Assembly (NCBI GenBank): GCA_020632555.1
Contig: JACKFI010000002.1
Span: 130,621 to 194,620, forward strand
Direction: 5' to 3'
DNA: 64,000 nucleotides
Origin: Candidatus Omnitrophota bacterium
Lineage (GTDB): Bacteria > Omnitrophota > Gorgyraeia > Zapsychrales > JANLHA01
This document shows, piece by piece, positions 17,572 through 27,232 of the stretch. The notes beneath the pieces were generated by a model. It saw only the letters and a list, made by a program, of their open reading frames with translations. It had not been told where the DNA came from and ran no database searches. Position 1 is the first letter of the stretch. Every line of letters starts with the position of its first letter. The translations under genes were made by a program, and so were the position numbers.

Positions 17572-19764
17572 TTAATGAAAACTCCCAAAATCTTTTAAAG
17601 AATTTAAAAGCTCCTCATACTTAACAACCGTTAGCATATTCGAATATTGATCTGTCCACAATCGATTACCCGCCGCAGCCGCTGTATCCTTTTGACTCCA
17701 TTGAAATCGCCAAAGCAATTCTTTAAAACGCTGCTCATCCCACGTCACCGCCGCCCAATCCGAAACCAGCTCATAAGAATTGACTTGCTGTGTTGACTTA
17801 AAACAAAAATGCGCGTTCAAAGCTTGCGCGCTGCGCCCGACAACCAAGCCCGCTTTTAAATACCGATTGGTCACATGAAATAAAATAATTCCGTTTTTCG
17901 AAAGCCGCTCGCGATATTTCGCCATCATTTCAACCGTCAATAAGTGCGCGGGAATAGAATCCCCACTAAAAGCATCAACAATAATAACATCATACTGAGC
18001 TTGTTGATTATGTTCCAACATCAAACGCGCGTCACCCATAAAATATTGAATATCCGCCAAAGATTCTTTTGTGAATGAAAAAAACTGATTCGCAATTTTA
18101 TACACATCTTTATCCAATTCATAAAAATCAATGATTTGCCCAACCCGCCCATAAGCGGCCAACGTTCCCGCCCCTAAACCAACAATCGCCATACGCTGAG
18201 CCGCAAAAGAATCCTCACCCAAAACTTGTCCCACCGGCGAATGCTCACCAAAATAGCTGGTTGGTTGCTGCTGCATCTGTTTGTCCAAAAGCTGCATCCC
18301 GTGCAAAGTTGTCCCATGCATAAAAGAGCGCACCCCGCCATAATCAAAAACACGACAAATCCCATAGTAATTTCGTTTCTGATACAAGTACACTTTGGGA
18401 CTCCAAAGCGCTTCTAAAGGCGGCGTTAACAGCAAAGTTAAAATCATCATTAAAGCAAAAGCATTCTTTGTTGCATTTAATCGATTAAACAAAATCATTG
18501 TTAAAATAATAATCAGACCCAAGCCCAACCAACTATTTTCTTTAAAGGCTAATGGCCACATAAATAAAGACACAATCAAGACCGCCATAGCCCCCAAAGA
18601 AAGCCAGCTGGATTCTTTTTTCTGCTGGCCAAAACACGGGATAACAGCTAAAGCAACAATGGTCAAACCCAAGACATATTCCAAAATAGAAGTTGAAACC
18701 AAAGGCACAATCCAAGTTGCCGCCAAACCGCCAACAAAGCCACCCAAAGAAAGCAATAAATAAAACACCGTTAAATTTCTACTTCCCGACGGCCGAGTGC
18801 GAACCAATTGATTCTGACAATACATACACACAATAAAAAGCAAAACAACCAAAACTAACATTTCAAAAATAACCGGAAATATCCTCCGCTCCAATAATAA
18901 ATAAAACACAACACCGATCCCAATTGTCAGGTGAATACTCTGACTGATCCAACGCGGGCACCATGGGTTTTGTTTAAAATTAAGAACAAAAGCTAAAAGA
19001 TAAATCCCCAAAGGAATGATCCACAACAAGGGAAAAGGCGCGATTGCCATCGTCACAATATTGGTCACCGCTAAAAACAAAATAACCGCACCGGAACTTA
19101 AGAAAAACCAGCGCAACAGCTCTTGCTTTTTTAAAGCAACCGATTGTTCTGTTGGAATCATTGTGACCTGGCCGACCGGAATCAACCAAAAAACCAATCC
19201 ATTGAGCACAATCAAAACCAAATAACTCAACCGCCACATTAACAGTTGCGACGATAAATCAAAAAAGAATTCAAAAACAAAAGGATAAGTCAGCAAAGCA
19301 GCAAAAGAACCCAAGTTTGACCACGCATAAAGCGCATAGGGGTTTTTGCGTTGCGGCAAATCAGATTCCAAAAGCCAAACTTGCGCGACAATGCTGATCG
19401 TCGATAAAACAAAGAAAACGGGGCCAATAGTTAACGTCAACTGACGAAAAACATCGACCGCTAATAAAACATTCATCTGCACATTGCCAACGGTCAAATC
19501 CCGACCAGGAAAAAACAATAAAGGAATCAGCAAAAACCCCAGATGAATAATTCGATACCGCGACATTCCCACCCGACTTAAAAATAGATGGGAACACAAA
19601 TAGCCGGCAAATAAAACCGCCTGAAAGAACACAATGCAGGCGCCCCAAACCATATAGCTGCCGCCGTAATGCGGCAACAAAATTTTCGCGGCAATCAATT
19701 CAATTTGGAATAAAAGAAAAGCAGAAAGAAAAACCAACAGATTAAGAAGAGAGATTTTTTTCAT
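17572..19764 (-). CDS. fused polytopic membrane domain / spermidine-synthase-like (class I MTase fold) protein
   Basis: ~730 aa. The N-terminal ~480 aa is all TM. The C-terminal part carries 'IVGLGAGTLAAY', 'DVIIVDAFSGDSIPAHLLT' and 'NGIILFHV'. The ATG at 19764 is preferred; the TTG at 19767 is not. Confidence 0.7.
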   Translation of the reverse strand: MKKISLLNLLVFLSAFLLFQIELIAAKILLPHYGGSYMVWGACIVFFQAVLFAGYLCSHLFLSRVGMSRYRIIHLGFLLIPLLFFPGRDLTVGNVQMNVLLAVDVFRQLTLTIGPVFFVLSTISIVAQVWLLESDLPQRKNPYALYAWSNLGSFAALLTYPFVFEFFFDLSSQLLMWRLSYLVLIVLNGLVFWLIPVGQVTMIPTEQSVALKKQELLRWFFLSSGAVILFLAVTNIVTMAIAPFPLLWIIPLGIYLLAFVLNFKQNPWCPRWISQSIHLTIGIGVVFYLLLERRIFPVIFEMLVLVVLLFIVCMYCQNQLVRTRPSGSRNLTVFYLLLSLGGFVGGLAATWIVPLVSTSILEYVLGLTIVALAVIPCFGQQKKESSWLSLGAMAVLIVSLFMWPLAFKENSWLGLGLIIILTMILFNRLNATKNAFALMMILTLLLTPPLEALWSPKVYLYQKRNYYGICRVFDYGGVRSFMHGTTLHGMQLLDKQMQQQPTSYFGEHSPVGQVLGEDSFAAQRMAIVGLGAGTLAAYGRVGQIIDFYELDKDVYKIANQFFSFTKESLADIQYFMGDARLMLEHNQQAQYDVIIVDAFSGDSIPAHLLTVEMMAKYRERLSKNGIILFHVTNRYLKAGLVVGRSAQALNAHFCFKSTQQVNSYELVSDWAAVTWDEQRFKELLWRFQWSQKDTAAAAGNRLWTDQYSNMLTVVKYEELLNSLKDFGSFH

Positions 19765-19783
19765 CAAAGACTGGCACCACTGA

Positions 19784-20536
19784 CTAACCCATAACCAACA
19801 AAATCGCCATTAGGCCAATGCCCAAAACAATACACGTAAATTGCCCCAGCGCCGCGCGAACACTGACTTCATGCCCATGATGCAATTCCGGAATAAGATC
19901 CGATCCGGCAATATACAAAAATCCACCCGCGGTAATCGGCAAAAGATAAATACTAAAGAGAGCCGCCTGCGAACCGACCAGAAAAACAATAAATGCCCCC
20001 AAAAAAGACGTCAACGCCGAGAAAAAATTTAACAACAAGGCTCGTCGAACCGGAACCCCCCCATGAACAAGAATGCCAAAATGCCCAATTTCCTGAGGAA
20101 TTTCATGCAGAATCACGGCAACGGTGGTTGTGATGCCAATCGGCACACTGGCCAAAAAGCTAGCCGCGATCAACATTCCGTCAATCATATTATGAAACCC
20201 ATCGCCCACAATATTAAGCGCCACCACCGGATGCACATGATCACTGGATGCCGGAATGTGGCAATGCTGCCAGCGTAAAAACTTTTCCAAAATAAAAAAG
20301 ATCAGGATCCCGCCTAAAATACAAAAAGAAGCAATCGGCGCCGGAGAAATCACCGCAAATGACTCCGGAATCAAATGAATCAGCGCGTCCCCAAAAAGCC
20401 CGCCGACGGCAAAGCTCACCAAATACAATAACATCTTTCGTAGAACTTCTTTATTCAGCGCCAAAGTAAAAACACCGATTAATGAAATCAAACTCACAAT
20501 CAAAACACTGACAAAAATATAAATCCAAATATTCAT
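19784..20536 (-). CDS. ZIP-family divalent metal transporter (ZupT-like)
   Basis: 250 aa with 8 TM segments. It carries the 'HNMIDG' and 'LHEIPQEIGHFGILV' signatures. Confidence 0.85.
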   Translation of the reverse strand: MNIWIYIFVSVLIVSLISLIGVFTLALNKEVLRKMLLYLVSFAVGGLFGDALIHLIPESFAVISPAPIASFCILGGILIFFILEKFLRWQHCHIPASSDHVHPVVALNIVGDGFHNMIDGMLIAASFLASVPIGITTTVAVILHEIPQEIGHFGILVHGGVPVRRALLLNFFSALTSFLGAFIVFLVGSQAALFSIYLLPITAGGFLYIAGSDLIPELHHGHEVSVRAALGQFTCIVLGIGLMAILLVMG

Positions 20537-20561
20537 GAATAATCCTTACTCTCCCATACCG

Positions 20562-23500
20562 TTAATGAGCTTGATTCGTATTGACCCAACCGCCGCCAAT
20601 CGCTTTAATCAACTGCACCGCGGCGATCAAAGTTTCGGACTGAATTTTAATCGCGTCCCGCTCTGAATCCAAACGTGAACGCTCGGCGTCAATCACCTCC
20701 AAGAAACTCACCAACCCTTCCTTATACCGTTGTATCGAAAGATCCGCCGCTTGTTGGGCAGAATCACGCACAGCACTTTGCGCAGCATATTCTTCTTTGC
20801 GCAACCGAATATTTACCAAAGCATTTTCCACTTCGCTCAAAGCCGTCAAAACACGCTTTTTATATTGCGCCTGTGCTTTTTTATATTCCGCTTGCTGAAC
20901 TTTCACTTTGGCATTTAACCGTCCGCCATTAAATAATGGCAGGGTTATTGACGGATTAATAGACCACACCCGGCTTTCCCAATTGAGCAAATCACCCGAC
21001 GAAATGCTCGAGTATCCGGCGCTGCCCATCAATGTCACCGCTGGAAAAAAAGCCGCTTGTGCCACACCTATCCGATCGCTGGCTGCTGACAATAAACGTT
21101 CAGCCTCCACAATATCCGGCCGCTCCATCAAAACACTCGATGGCAACTTCACCGGAATTTCTGGCGTGATATTTTGCAAAAATAGCGGCGCCAAGCTAAA
21201 ATCACTGGCATTTTGCCCGCACAAAACCGCTAAGACATTAACCAAATTTTCCCGCCGCCGACGGCCATCCACCAAATCAGCTTGGGCTTGCGACAATTGC
21301 GTTTGCGCTTGAAAGAAAGTTAATTCGCTGTTCATCCCTTCCTGAAAACGCAATTTGAGCATATCCACCGCGCGCTGCCGCAATTCCACTGCTTTTTCTA
21401 AAGCAATAATCTCCGCGTCCACCGCGCCAATTTGAAAATACGTCCGTGCCACATCCGCTGTCAATGTCAAATACACCGTTCCATACGCGGCCACTTGCGC
21501 CTGCGCATCCGCCCGACCTGCCGCAAATGCCTTGCGCACCTTGCCCCAAATATCAATTTCATAACTCACATCCAACGGCAAGTGATAAGAATTACTGATC
21601 GCCGCCGGGAAATGGCTGCTGGCCGCCGAACGCGTCCGCCCAAACGACGGCTGCGCCTCAATCTCTGGCCAAAGAGCAGCCCCATCAACACGCGCTAAAG
21701 CCCGCGCTCGGTCCACATTGGCCATCGCGATCACCAAATCCTGATTGTTCGCTAAAGCTTTTTTTTGTAAATCATTTAATGTGCCATCACCAAACAATTC
21801 CCACCACGTCGATGTCACAGCCAAACCTGTATTCGTCGCTTGCGTATTTTTCCATCTGAGCTTTTGATCCATTGGCGGCTTTTGATAATGCGGTCCGACG
21901 CTGCAACCATTTAAAGTCAGAAAGAAAAACAAAACAATAATACTTACGGTTGTCGAATTTTTTAAACTCAAATCCTTCTGTTCCTTTTGCGCCAACTTGC
22001 TAAAAAACACATATACAACCGGAATAACAAATAAAGTCAAAAACGTGCTGGTCAACATCCCAAAAACCGCGGCAATACCCAGCGGCCGGCGCGCCTCGCC
22101 GCTGGCACCAAAACCAATAGCAATGGGCAGAATACCGACGATGGTAGCGGTCGCTGTCATCAAAATCGGGCGCAGCCGAATCAAGCCCGCCGCCAAAATC
22201 GCTTCGGTGGCCGTCTTGCCCTCAGCCATTTTTTGATTGGCAAACTCCACTAAAAGAATACCGTTCTTAGTCACCAAACCAAACAAGAGAATCATACCAA
22301 TCTGACTGTACAAATTAATATTCATGCCCGCCACAACACCCACGACTCCTGTTTTGCTGATCAAATTCATCAACCACAACCCCCCCAAAGCCCCAAACGT
22401 CGCCAATGGCAAAGTGAACATCACCGTCAAAGGATGAACCAAGCTTTCAAACTGCGCCGCCAAAACCATATAAATAATCAAAATCGATAAAATCATGACA
22501 AAATAAATACCCTTATTCGACTCATTGAGATCCCGCGCTTCTCCTGCCCATTCATAACGAAATCCGTCGGGTAAATCTGTCTTTAAAAGCGCCGTCGCTT
22601 GATCAACCGCAGTGCCCAAAGGAATACCCATTGGCGTCGCTTCAATGGTCGCGCTGCGCCAGCGATTATAATGATTAATCGCGCTGGGTCCAGCCCCGGT
22701 CTGCGTGTTAATCACATTATTCAAACCAATCAATTCGCCGCGATTATTACGAACATAAATCTTTTCCAAATCCGACGGCAACAAACGCGACGCGCGTTCC
22801 AATTGAACAATGACCTCATACTCTTTTCCCTTGATATTGACCTTCGAAAGGTCCAATCCGCCAAACAAAATTTGCATCGTCCGCGAAATATCTTCAACAT
22901 TAACACCAACCGCCGCGGCCCGATTGCGATCCACATCGATGCGCAGTTCTGGTTTATTCATTTCAAAGGTCGTGCGAACATTCAACAAAAAACCGGTTTG
23001 TCGTAATTTATTGGTCAAATCTTGAGCGTAATCATTGAGCGCGTTCAAATCTTGGCTTTGAATAACCAATTGAAACGGCTGGCTAAACCCACGGCCAATC
23101 GCTTTAGGAATAATCGGAATCACAAAAGCGCCCTCAACATTATTAAAGAACTGCGCTCCCAAGCCCGTCGGGCCGCCAATAATATCGCGCAAATGCCGCT
23201 TGCGTTTATCTTTCAAACGAATAAACGCCAAGCCTTGCGATGTTTGTCCCGGACTGCCGCGCGACAAAGCCACCGCGGAAAAATAACCTTCGACCTCCGG
23301 CACCTTCGAAATAATTCCTTCCATTTTTTTGATCATCCGATCCGTGTATTCGCTGGTCGAACCTTCCGGAGCCAAAGCAAAACACAACAATCGCCCTTTA
23401 TCTTCGTCAGGCAGAAATTCTTTTTCCAATTGCGTAAAAAAGAACACCGTCAAGCCAATAGCCACCACAACCACTGAAGCCATCAGCTTAGGATGCGACA

Positions 23501-25067
23501 GTGCCCAGCGCAAACCACGGCCATAACGCTCATTGATCTTGGTCAAAAACCGTTCAAACATGCCCAAAAAACTTCCCTTGGGACTATGCCCAATCGGTTT
23601 TAAAATCCGTGAAGACAACATTGGGCTTAACGTCAAAGCAACAAATGAGGAAATGATCACCGACATGCACAAAGCGACAGAGAATTCCACAAACAACCGG
23701 CCCGTGACACTGGTTTGAAAAGCCATCGGCAAAAACACGGCGATCAAGGCAATCGTCGTCGCGATAATGACAAAACCAATTTCCTGCATGCCCTTAAACG
23801 CGGCCGCCCGCGGATCCATGCCGTCCTCAATATGCCGATAAATATTTTCCAAAACAATAATAGAGTCGTCCACAACCAAACCAATCGCCAAAACAAAAGC
23901 CAACATGCTGACAATATTGATAGAATAGCCAAATAACTGCAACACGCCAAAGGTCGCGACAATAGACACCGGAATGGTCAAAGCTGGAATCAGCGTCGAC
24001 CGGCCATCATGCAAAAAAAGATAAATCGAAAGCACAACCAAACCAAAAGCAAGAAAAAGCGTTTCCCAAACTTCTTTGATCGCGCGATCCACATAAATGG
24101 ATTCATCATAGGGAAAAGCCGTTTCAATCCCTTTGGGCAAAGTGGGGATAATTTTAGCCACTTCGGCCTTAACCCGACGGGTAACGTCAATGGTATTGGC
24201 TTTAGACTGACGCACAATGCCAATGCCCAAAGCCGGTTTGCCATTAAAACGGGCAATGGCTTTTTCATCCTCAACACCGACTGTGGCATGCCCGATATCC
24301 GACAAACGGATGAAGGTCGCCCCGTCTTGTTTGATAACCAAATTATTATATTCTGCGGGCGTTTTCATTTCCCCGCGGGTTTCAATGGATAAAACCCGGC
24401 TCCAACTTTCCACCAAGCCGCTGGGCAATTCCACATTTTGCGTCTTAAGCGCCCGTTCGACATCCAAAACCGTCACGCCGCGCGCGGCCATTTTTTGCGC
24501 GTCTAACCACAACCGAATCGCGAAACGTTTTTCTCCGCCCAAAATCACCGAGCTGACACCCGTGATGGTTTGCAAACGATCTTTAAAAGTTGTTTCCGCA
24601 ATCGATGTTAGCTCCAGCGTCGAGTAACGATCACTGAACAAAGCCACCCACAACACCGGCTGAGCATTGGAATCCTGCTTGGCCACAATCGGTTCTTTGA
24701 TATCATCCGGCAAACGGCCCCGCACCCGAGCCACGCGGTCACGCACATCCTGCGCGGCCAAATCAATATCACGCGAAAGATCAAATTCAACCGTTACCGA
24801 GCTGACTTGTTGACGGGATTCGCTGGTGAGATTTTTAATACCCTCGACCGACGTGATGGATTCTTCCAAGATTTCAGTAACCTGCGTCTCAACCACACTG
24901 GCGCTGGCACCGGGATAAACAGTGGTGATATTGATAATCGGCGGGTCAATGTCGGGAAGTTCACGCACCGGCAGACGGGAAATACCGATGATGCCAAACA
25001 AAATGAGCCCTAAGCTCATCATTGTGGCCAAAACCGGCCGTTTAATACTGATTTCGGAAAGTTTCAT
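20562..25067 (-). CDS. RND efflux permease (AcrB/HAE1-like, codons 1-1032) in frame with a NodT-family outer-membrane-factor lipoprotein (codons 1033-1501)
   Basis: One uninterrupted 1501-codon ORF. The AcrB-like N-terminus is 'MKLSEISIKRPVLATMMSLGLILFG'. From TTG codon 1033 (21971) a lipoprotein signal begins (SLKNSTTVSIIVLFFFLTLNGC, lipobox LNGC), followed by an OMF body ('GPHYQKP', 'WWELFGD'). See the finding on the T6 run at 22002-22007. Confidence 0.85.
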   Translation of the reverse strand: MKLSEISIKRPVLATMMSLGLILFGIIGISRLPVRELPDIDPPIINITTVYPGASASVVETQVTEILEESITSVEGIKNLTSESRQQVSSVTVEFDLSRDIDLAAQDVRDRVARVRGRLPDDIKEPIVAKQDSNAQPVLWVALFSDRYSTLELTSIAETTFKDRLQTITGVSSVILGGEKRFAIRLWLDAQKMAARGVTVLDVERALKTQNVELPSGLVESWSRVLSIETRGEMKTPAEYNNLVIKQDGATFIRLSDIGHATVGVEDEKAIARFNGKPALGIGIVRQSKANTIDVTRRVKAEVAKIIPTLPKGIETAFPYDESIYVDRAIKEVWETLFLAFGLVVLSIYLFLHDGRSTLIPALTIPVSIVATFGVLQLFGYSINIVSMLAFVLAIGLVVDDSIIVLENIYRHIEDGMDPRAAAFKGMQEIGFVIIATTIALIAVFLPMAFQTSVTGRLFVEFSVALCMSVIISSFVALTLSPMLSSRILKPIGHSPKGSFLGMFERFLTKINERYGRGLRWALSHPKLMASVVVVAIGLTVFFFTQLEKEFLPDEDKGRLLCFALAPEGSTSEYTDRMIKKMEGIISKVPEVEGYFSAVALSRGSPGQTSQGLAFIRLKDKRKRHLRDIIGGPTGLGAQFFNNVEGAFVIPIIPKAIGRGFSQPFQLVIQSQDLNALNDYAQDLTNKLRQTGFLLNVRTTFEMNKPELRIDVDRNRAAAVGVNVEDISRTMQILFGGLDLSKVNIKGKEYEVIVQLERASRLLPSDLEKIYVRNNRGELIGLNNVINTQTGAGPSAINHYNRWRSATIEATPMGIPLGTAVDQATALLKTDLPDGFRYEWAGEARDLNESNKGIYFVMILSILIIYMVLAAQFESLVHPLTVMFTLPLATFGALGGLWLMNLISKTGVVGVVAGMNINLYSQIGMILLFGLVTKNGILLVEFANQKMAEGKTATEAILAAGLIRLRPILMTATATIVGILPIAIGFGASGEARRPLGIAAVFGMLTSTFLTLFVIPVVYVFFSKLAQKEQKDLSLKNSTTVSIIVLFFFLTLNGCSVGPHYQKPPMDQKLRWKNTQATNTGLAVTSTWWELFGDGTLNDLQKKALANNQDLVIAMANVDRARALARVDGAALWPEIEAQPSFGRTRSAASSHFPAAISNSYHLPLDVSYEIDIWGKVRKAFAAGRADAQAQVAAYGTVYLTLTADVARTYFQIGAVDAEIIALEKAVELRQRAVDMLKLRFQEGMNSELTFFQAQTQLSQAQADLVDGRRRRENLVNVLAVLCGQNASDFSLAPLFLQNITPEIPVKLPSSVLMERPDIVEAERLLSAASDRIGVAQAAFFPAVTLMGSAGYSSISSGDLLNWESRVWSINPSITLPLFNGGRLNAKVKVQQAEYKKAQAQYKKRVLTALSEVENALVNIRLRKEEYAAQSAVRDSAQQAADLSIQRYKEGLVSFLEVIDAERSRLDSERDAIKIQSETLIAAVQLIKAIGGGWVNTNQAH

Positions 25068-25089
25068 TTATTCACTGACCAAAGCACGC

Positions 25090-26187
25090 CTAAGGTTTTG
25101 ATTCTTCGGACGGCTTATCACTCTTATCTGTTTTGATTTTGACCAAAGACCCCGGGCCAATTTTTTGATATCCTTCGACAATCACATTCTCACCGGCAGT
25201 TAAACCTTCAAGAATCTCAACTTGACCGACCATACGAATACCGACTTTCACTTTTTTCATTTGCGCTTTATTCTCACTGTCCACCACAAAAACAAAAACA
25301 TCATCACTTTTCATCATCAGCGCCGTTTCCGGAACCACCAAAGCCTGTTGACGAATGCTCACAATCAAATTCAAATTCGCGAACATTCCGCGAACCAATC
25401 GGCCGTCGACATTGGGCAGTTTTGCTTTGATCAAAGCGGTACGAGTCAATTCATCAACCTGCGAATCAATAAAATAAACTTCCCCTTTAAAGGTTTCATC
25501 TGGATACGCCGCGACCGTAACTTCAATACCTTGGCCCTCTTTGAGTTGCCCCAAAAAACGTTCAGGAATACGAAACTCCGCTTTCATCGGATCTTGCTTG
25601 ATCAAAGTCGTTAACAAAGTCCCTTGATTTACAAATTGGCCAATGCTGACCTTGCGGTCACCGGTAATGCCGGCAAAACTCGCGGTAATCTGCGTTTCTT
25701 TCAACTGCGCATTAATCAAATCTATCTGCGCTTTGCACGCCTCTAAATCAGAGGTCGCCTGATCAAACTCCTGTTGAGAAATGGCATTGGCTTTTATGAG
25801 GGTCGACAGCCGCGCGAAAGTTGTTTGCGCCAAACCCAAACTCGCTTGAGCCTGCGCCAAAGATGCTTTGAGTTTGCCCGCGTCAATCACAAACAACATT
25901 TGACCTTGCTCAACGGCTTGTCCTTCGGAAAAACCAATTTCTTCAATCACGCCGGCAATTTGATTCTTGATTTCAATCGATTCATCGGCCTGCAAATTTC
26001 CCACCAAGGAAATTTTTTCCTCGATCTTCTGAATCTTAACGGGTACAGCCACCACATTCATCGCAAAACCGCCCATCGCCCCGCCGGGATGACCACCCTT
26101 TTTATCCGAACCGCAACCCGATACAACAAATGTGGAAATCAAAACGGCACAACCGCACAAAACAAAAAGACTATTTTTAAAGCGCAT
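25090..26187 (-). CDS. RND efflux periplasmic adaptor (MFP/HlyD_D23 family) lipoprotein
   Basis: ATG at 26187 with an AAGGA Shine-Dalgarno 6 nt upstream; the track's TTG at 26220 is rejected. The signal ends in a 'VVSGC' lipobox. It has coiled-coil and beta-barrel regions typical of AcrA-like adaptors. Confidence 0.85.
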   Translation of the reverse strand: MRFKNSLFVLCGCAVLISTFVVSGCGSDKKGGHPGGAMGGFAMNVVAVPVKIQKIEEKISLVGNLQADESIEIKNQIAGVIEEIGFSEGQAVEQGQMLFVIDAGKLKASLAQAQASLGLAQTTFARLSTLIKANAISQQEFDQATSDLEACKAQIDLINAQLKETQITASFAGITGDRKVSIGQFVNQGTLLTTLIKQDPMKAEFRIPERFLGQLKEGQGIEVTVAAYPDETFKGEVYFIDSQVDELTRTALIKAKLPNVDGRLVRGMFANLNLIVSIRQQALVVPETALMMKSDDVFVFVVDSENKAQMKKVKVGIRMVGQVEILEGLTAGENVIVEGYQKIGPGSLVKIKTDKSDKPSEESKP

Positions 26188-26337
26188 ACGCATTCCTTTT
26201 TTTATCGCCGCCAAAGCCAAAATACGGCAATAATCTTAACACATTTTTCAGAAAAGTTGACGTTGAAATTCCCTATCACCGTCCCGTAGTATTACTACGC
26301 TCAATCTCCATATTTACTTCAAAAACAAAGCTTCAAC

Positions 26338-27003
26338 TTAGCTCGACGTCCATTCCCATCCGCATTTAGAACAACGGTGTTCATGAGCATAAATAATAGC
26401 CCCACAGGCAAGGCAATCCGTTGAACCCAGTTCTTCTAATTGAGAATTTAATTCATTAATCATATCTTCTATATTTGCTTGGGTCATTTCTCTTTCAGAA
26501 GAACTTTGTCTCTTATATTCATTAAGGATACGCATAAAATCTTTTATAAATGCCCCCCATTCAATATCCACGACTGTTCCATTTGAATCTTTAATAAATT
26601 TATCATCAGATCCGTATCTGTTTGGCATTTTAAAGTGCGATTCCAAAGATTTAAAAAGCCTATATGAAACATCAATGTCACCGTCTTTAATAGCCTGATA
26701 TAAATCTTTGATTTTTTGATTAATATACTTTTGTGGCGATAAGCAATACGTCAACCTATCTTTAAGCAACCAAACCGTAGCCGCAATACCAAGTCCCAAT
26801 AAAATCGCATGAATAAGAATTCCCAAGTAAAAAACCTCAGGCGTGTCTTTCAGCGAATACTCACCAGGGGCAACAAATAAACGCAAAGGATCACGATAAT
26901 AATCCATAACATGAACCTTACCCGCAAGAATTTCATTGCCGACGAAATATAAAAGAAAGAAAATAGTAAAGATAAAAAGCACCAGGATCACATTCTTTTT
27001 CAT
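26338..27003 (-). CDS. hypothetical membrane protein with C-terminal CxxC...CxxC zinc ribbon
   Basis: ATG at 27003 with an AGGAGA Shine-Dalgarno. It has two TM segments and the C-terminus 'CLACGAIIYAHEHRCSKCGWEW'. The region is visibly AT-rich. Confidence 0.5.
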   Translation of the reverse strand: MKKNVILVLFIFTIFFLLYFVGNEILAGKVHVMDYYRDPLRLFVAPGEYSLKDTPEVFYLGILIHAILLGLGIAATVWLLKDRLTYCLSPQKYINQKIKDLYQAIKDGDIDVSYRLFKSLESHFKMPNRYGSDDKFIKDSNGTVVDIEWGAFIKDFMRILNEYKRQSSSEREMTQANIEDMINELNSQLEELGSTDCLACGAIIYAHEHRCSKCGWEWTSS

Positions 27004-27050
27004 TGTGCATATCTCCTGTAGAAATTTGAAAAATTCAAAACAGACCAAAC

Positions 27051-27128
27051 TTACGTAAAATAATTCCCCACCGGCAATCTTTGTCCAACGGCAAAGGCGT
27101 GAGCAGACATGGGCTTAACGGATTGCAA
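27051..27128 (-). pseudogene. orphan duplicate of the fmt C-terminal 25 codons
   Basis: Reads LQSVKPMSAHAFAVGQRLPVGNYFT*, against fmt's PQSGKEMPAYAFAVGQRLSVGSCFG*. The 24-nt core 27075-27098 matches 28505-28528 at 23/24. There is no upstream coding continuation. Confidence 0.8.
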
Positions 27129-27136
27129 ATAAAGTA

Positions 27137-27192
27137 TTTTAAACTCGGATTTTGCATTTCACTTTTTTGTGCGCAACGTATCGTCGCGCACT
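27137..27192. repeat. 55-nt dispersed repeat, copy B (homolog of 3556-3610)
   Basis: My hand alignment gives 47/55 identities with copy A (tttaaactcggattttgcatttcacttttttgtgcgcaacgtatcgtcgcgcact). It lies directly between the orphan fmt fragment and the Fic stop codon. Confidence 0.85.
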
Positions 27193-27232
27193 GTTAAGAA
27201 CCCACCAAAACATTAACGAAAAGCGACTTGAA

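Noticed and set aside
26287-26299. Perfect palindrome gtagta-t-tactac ~100 nt upstream of the efflux operon, as a possible operator.
   Set aside because: It is only 13 nt, no regulator gene is adjacent, and I could not define a supporting promoter.
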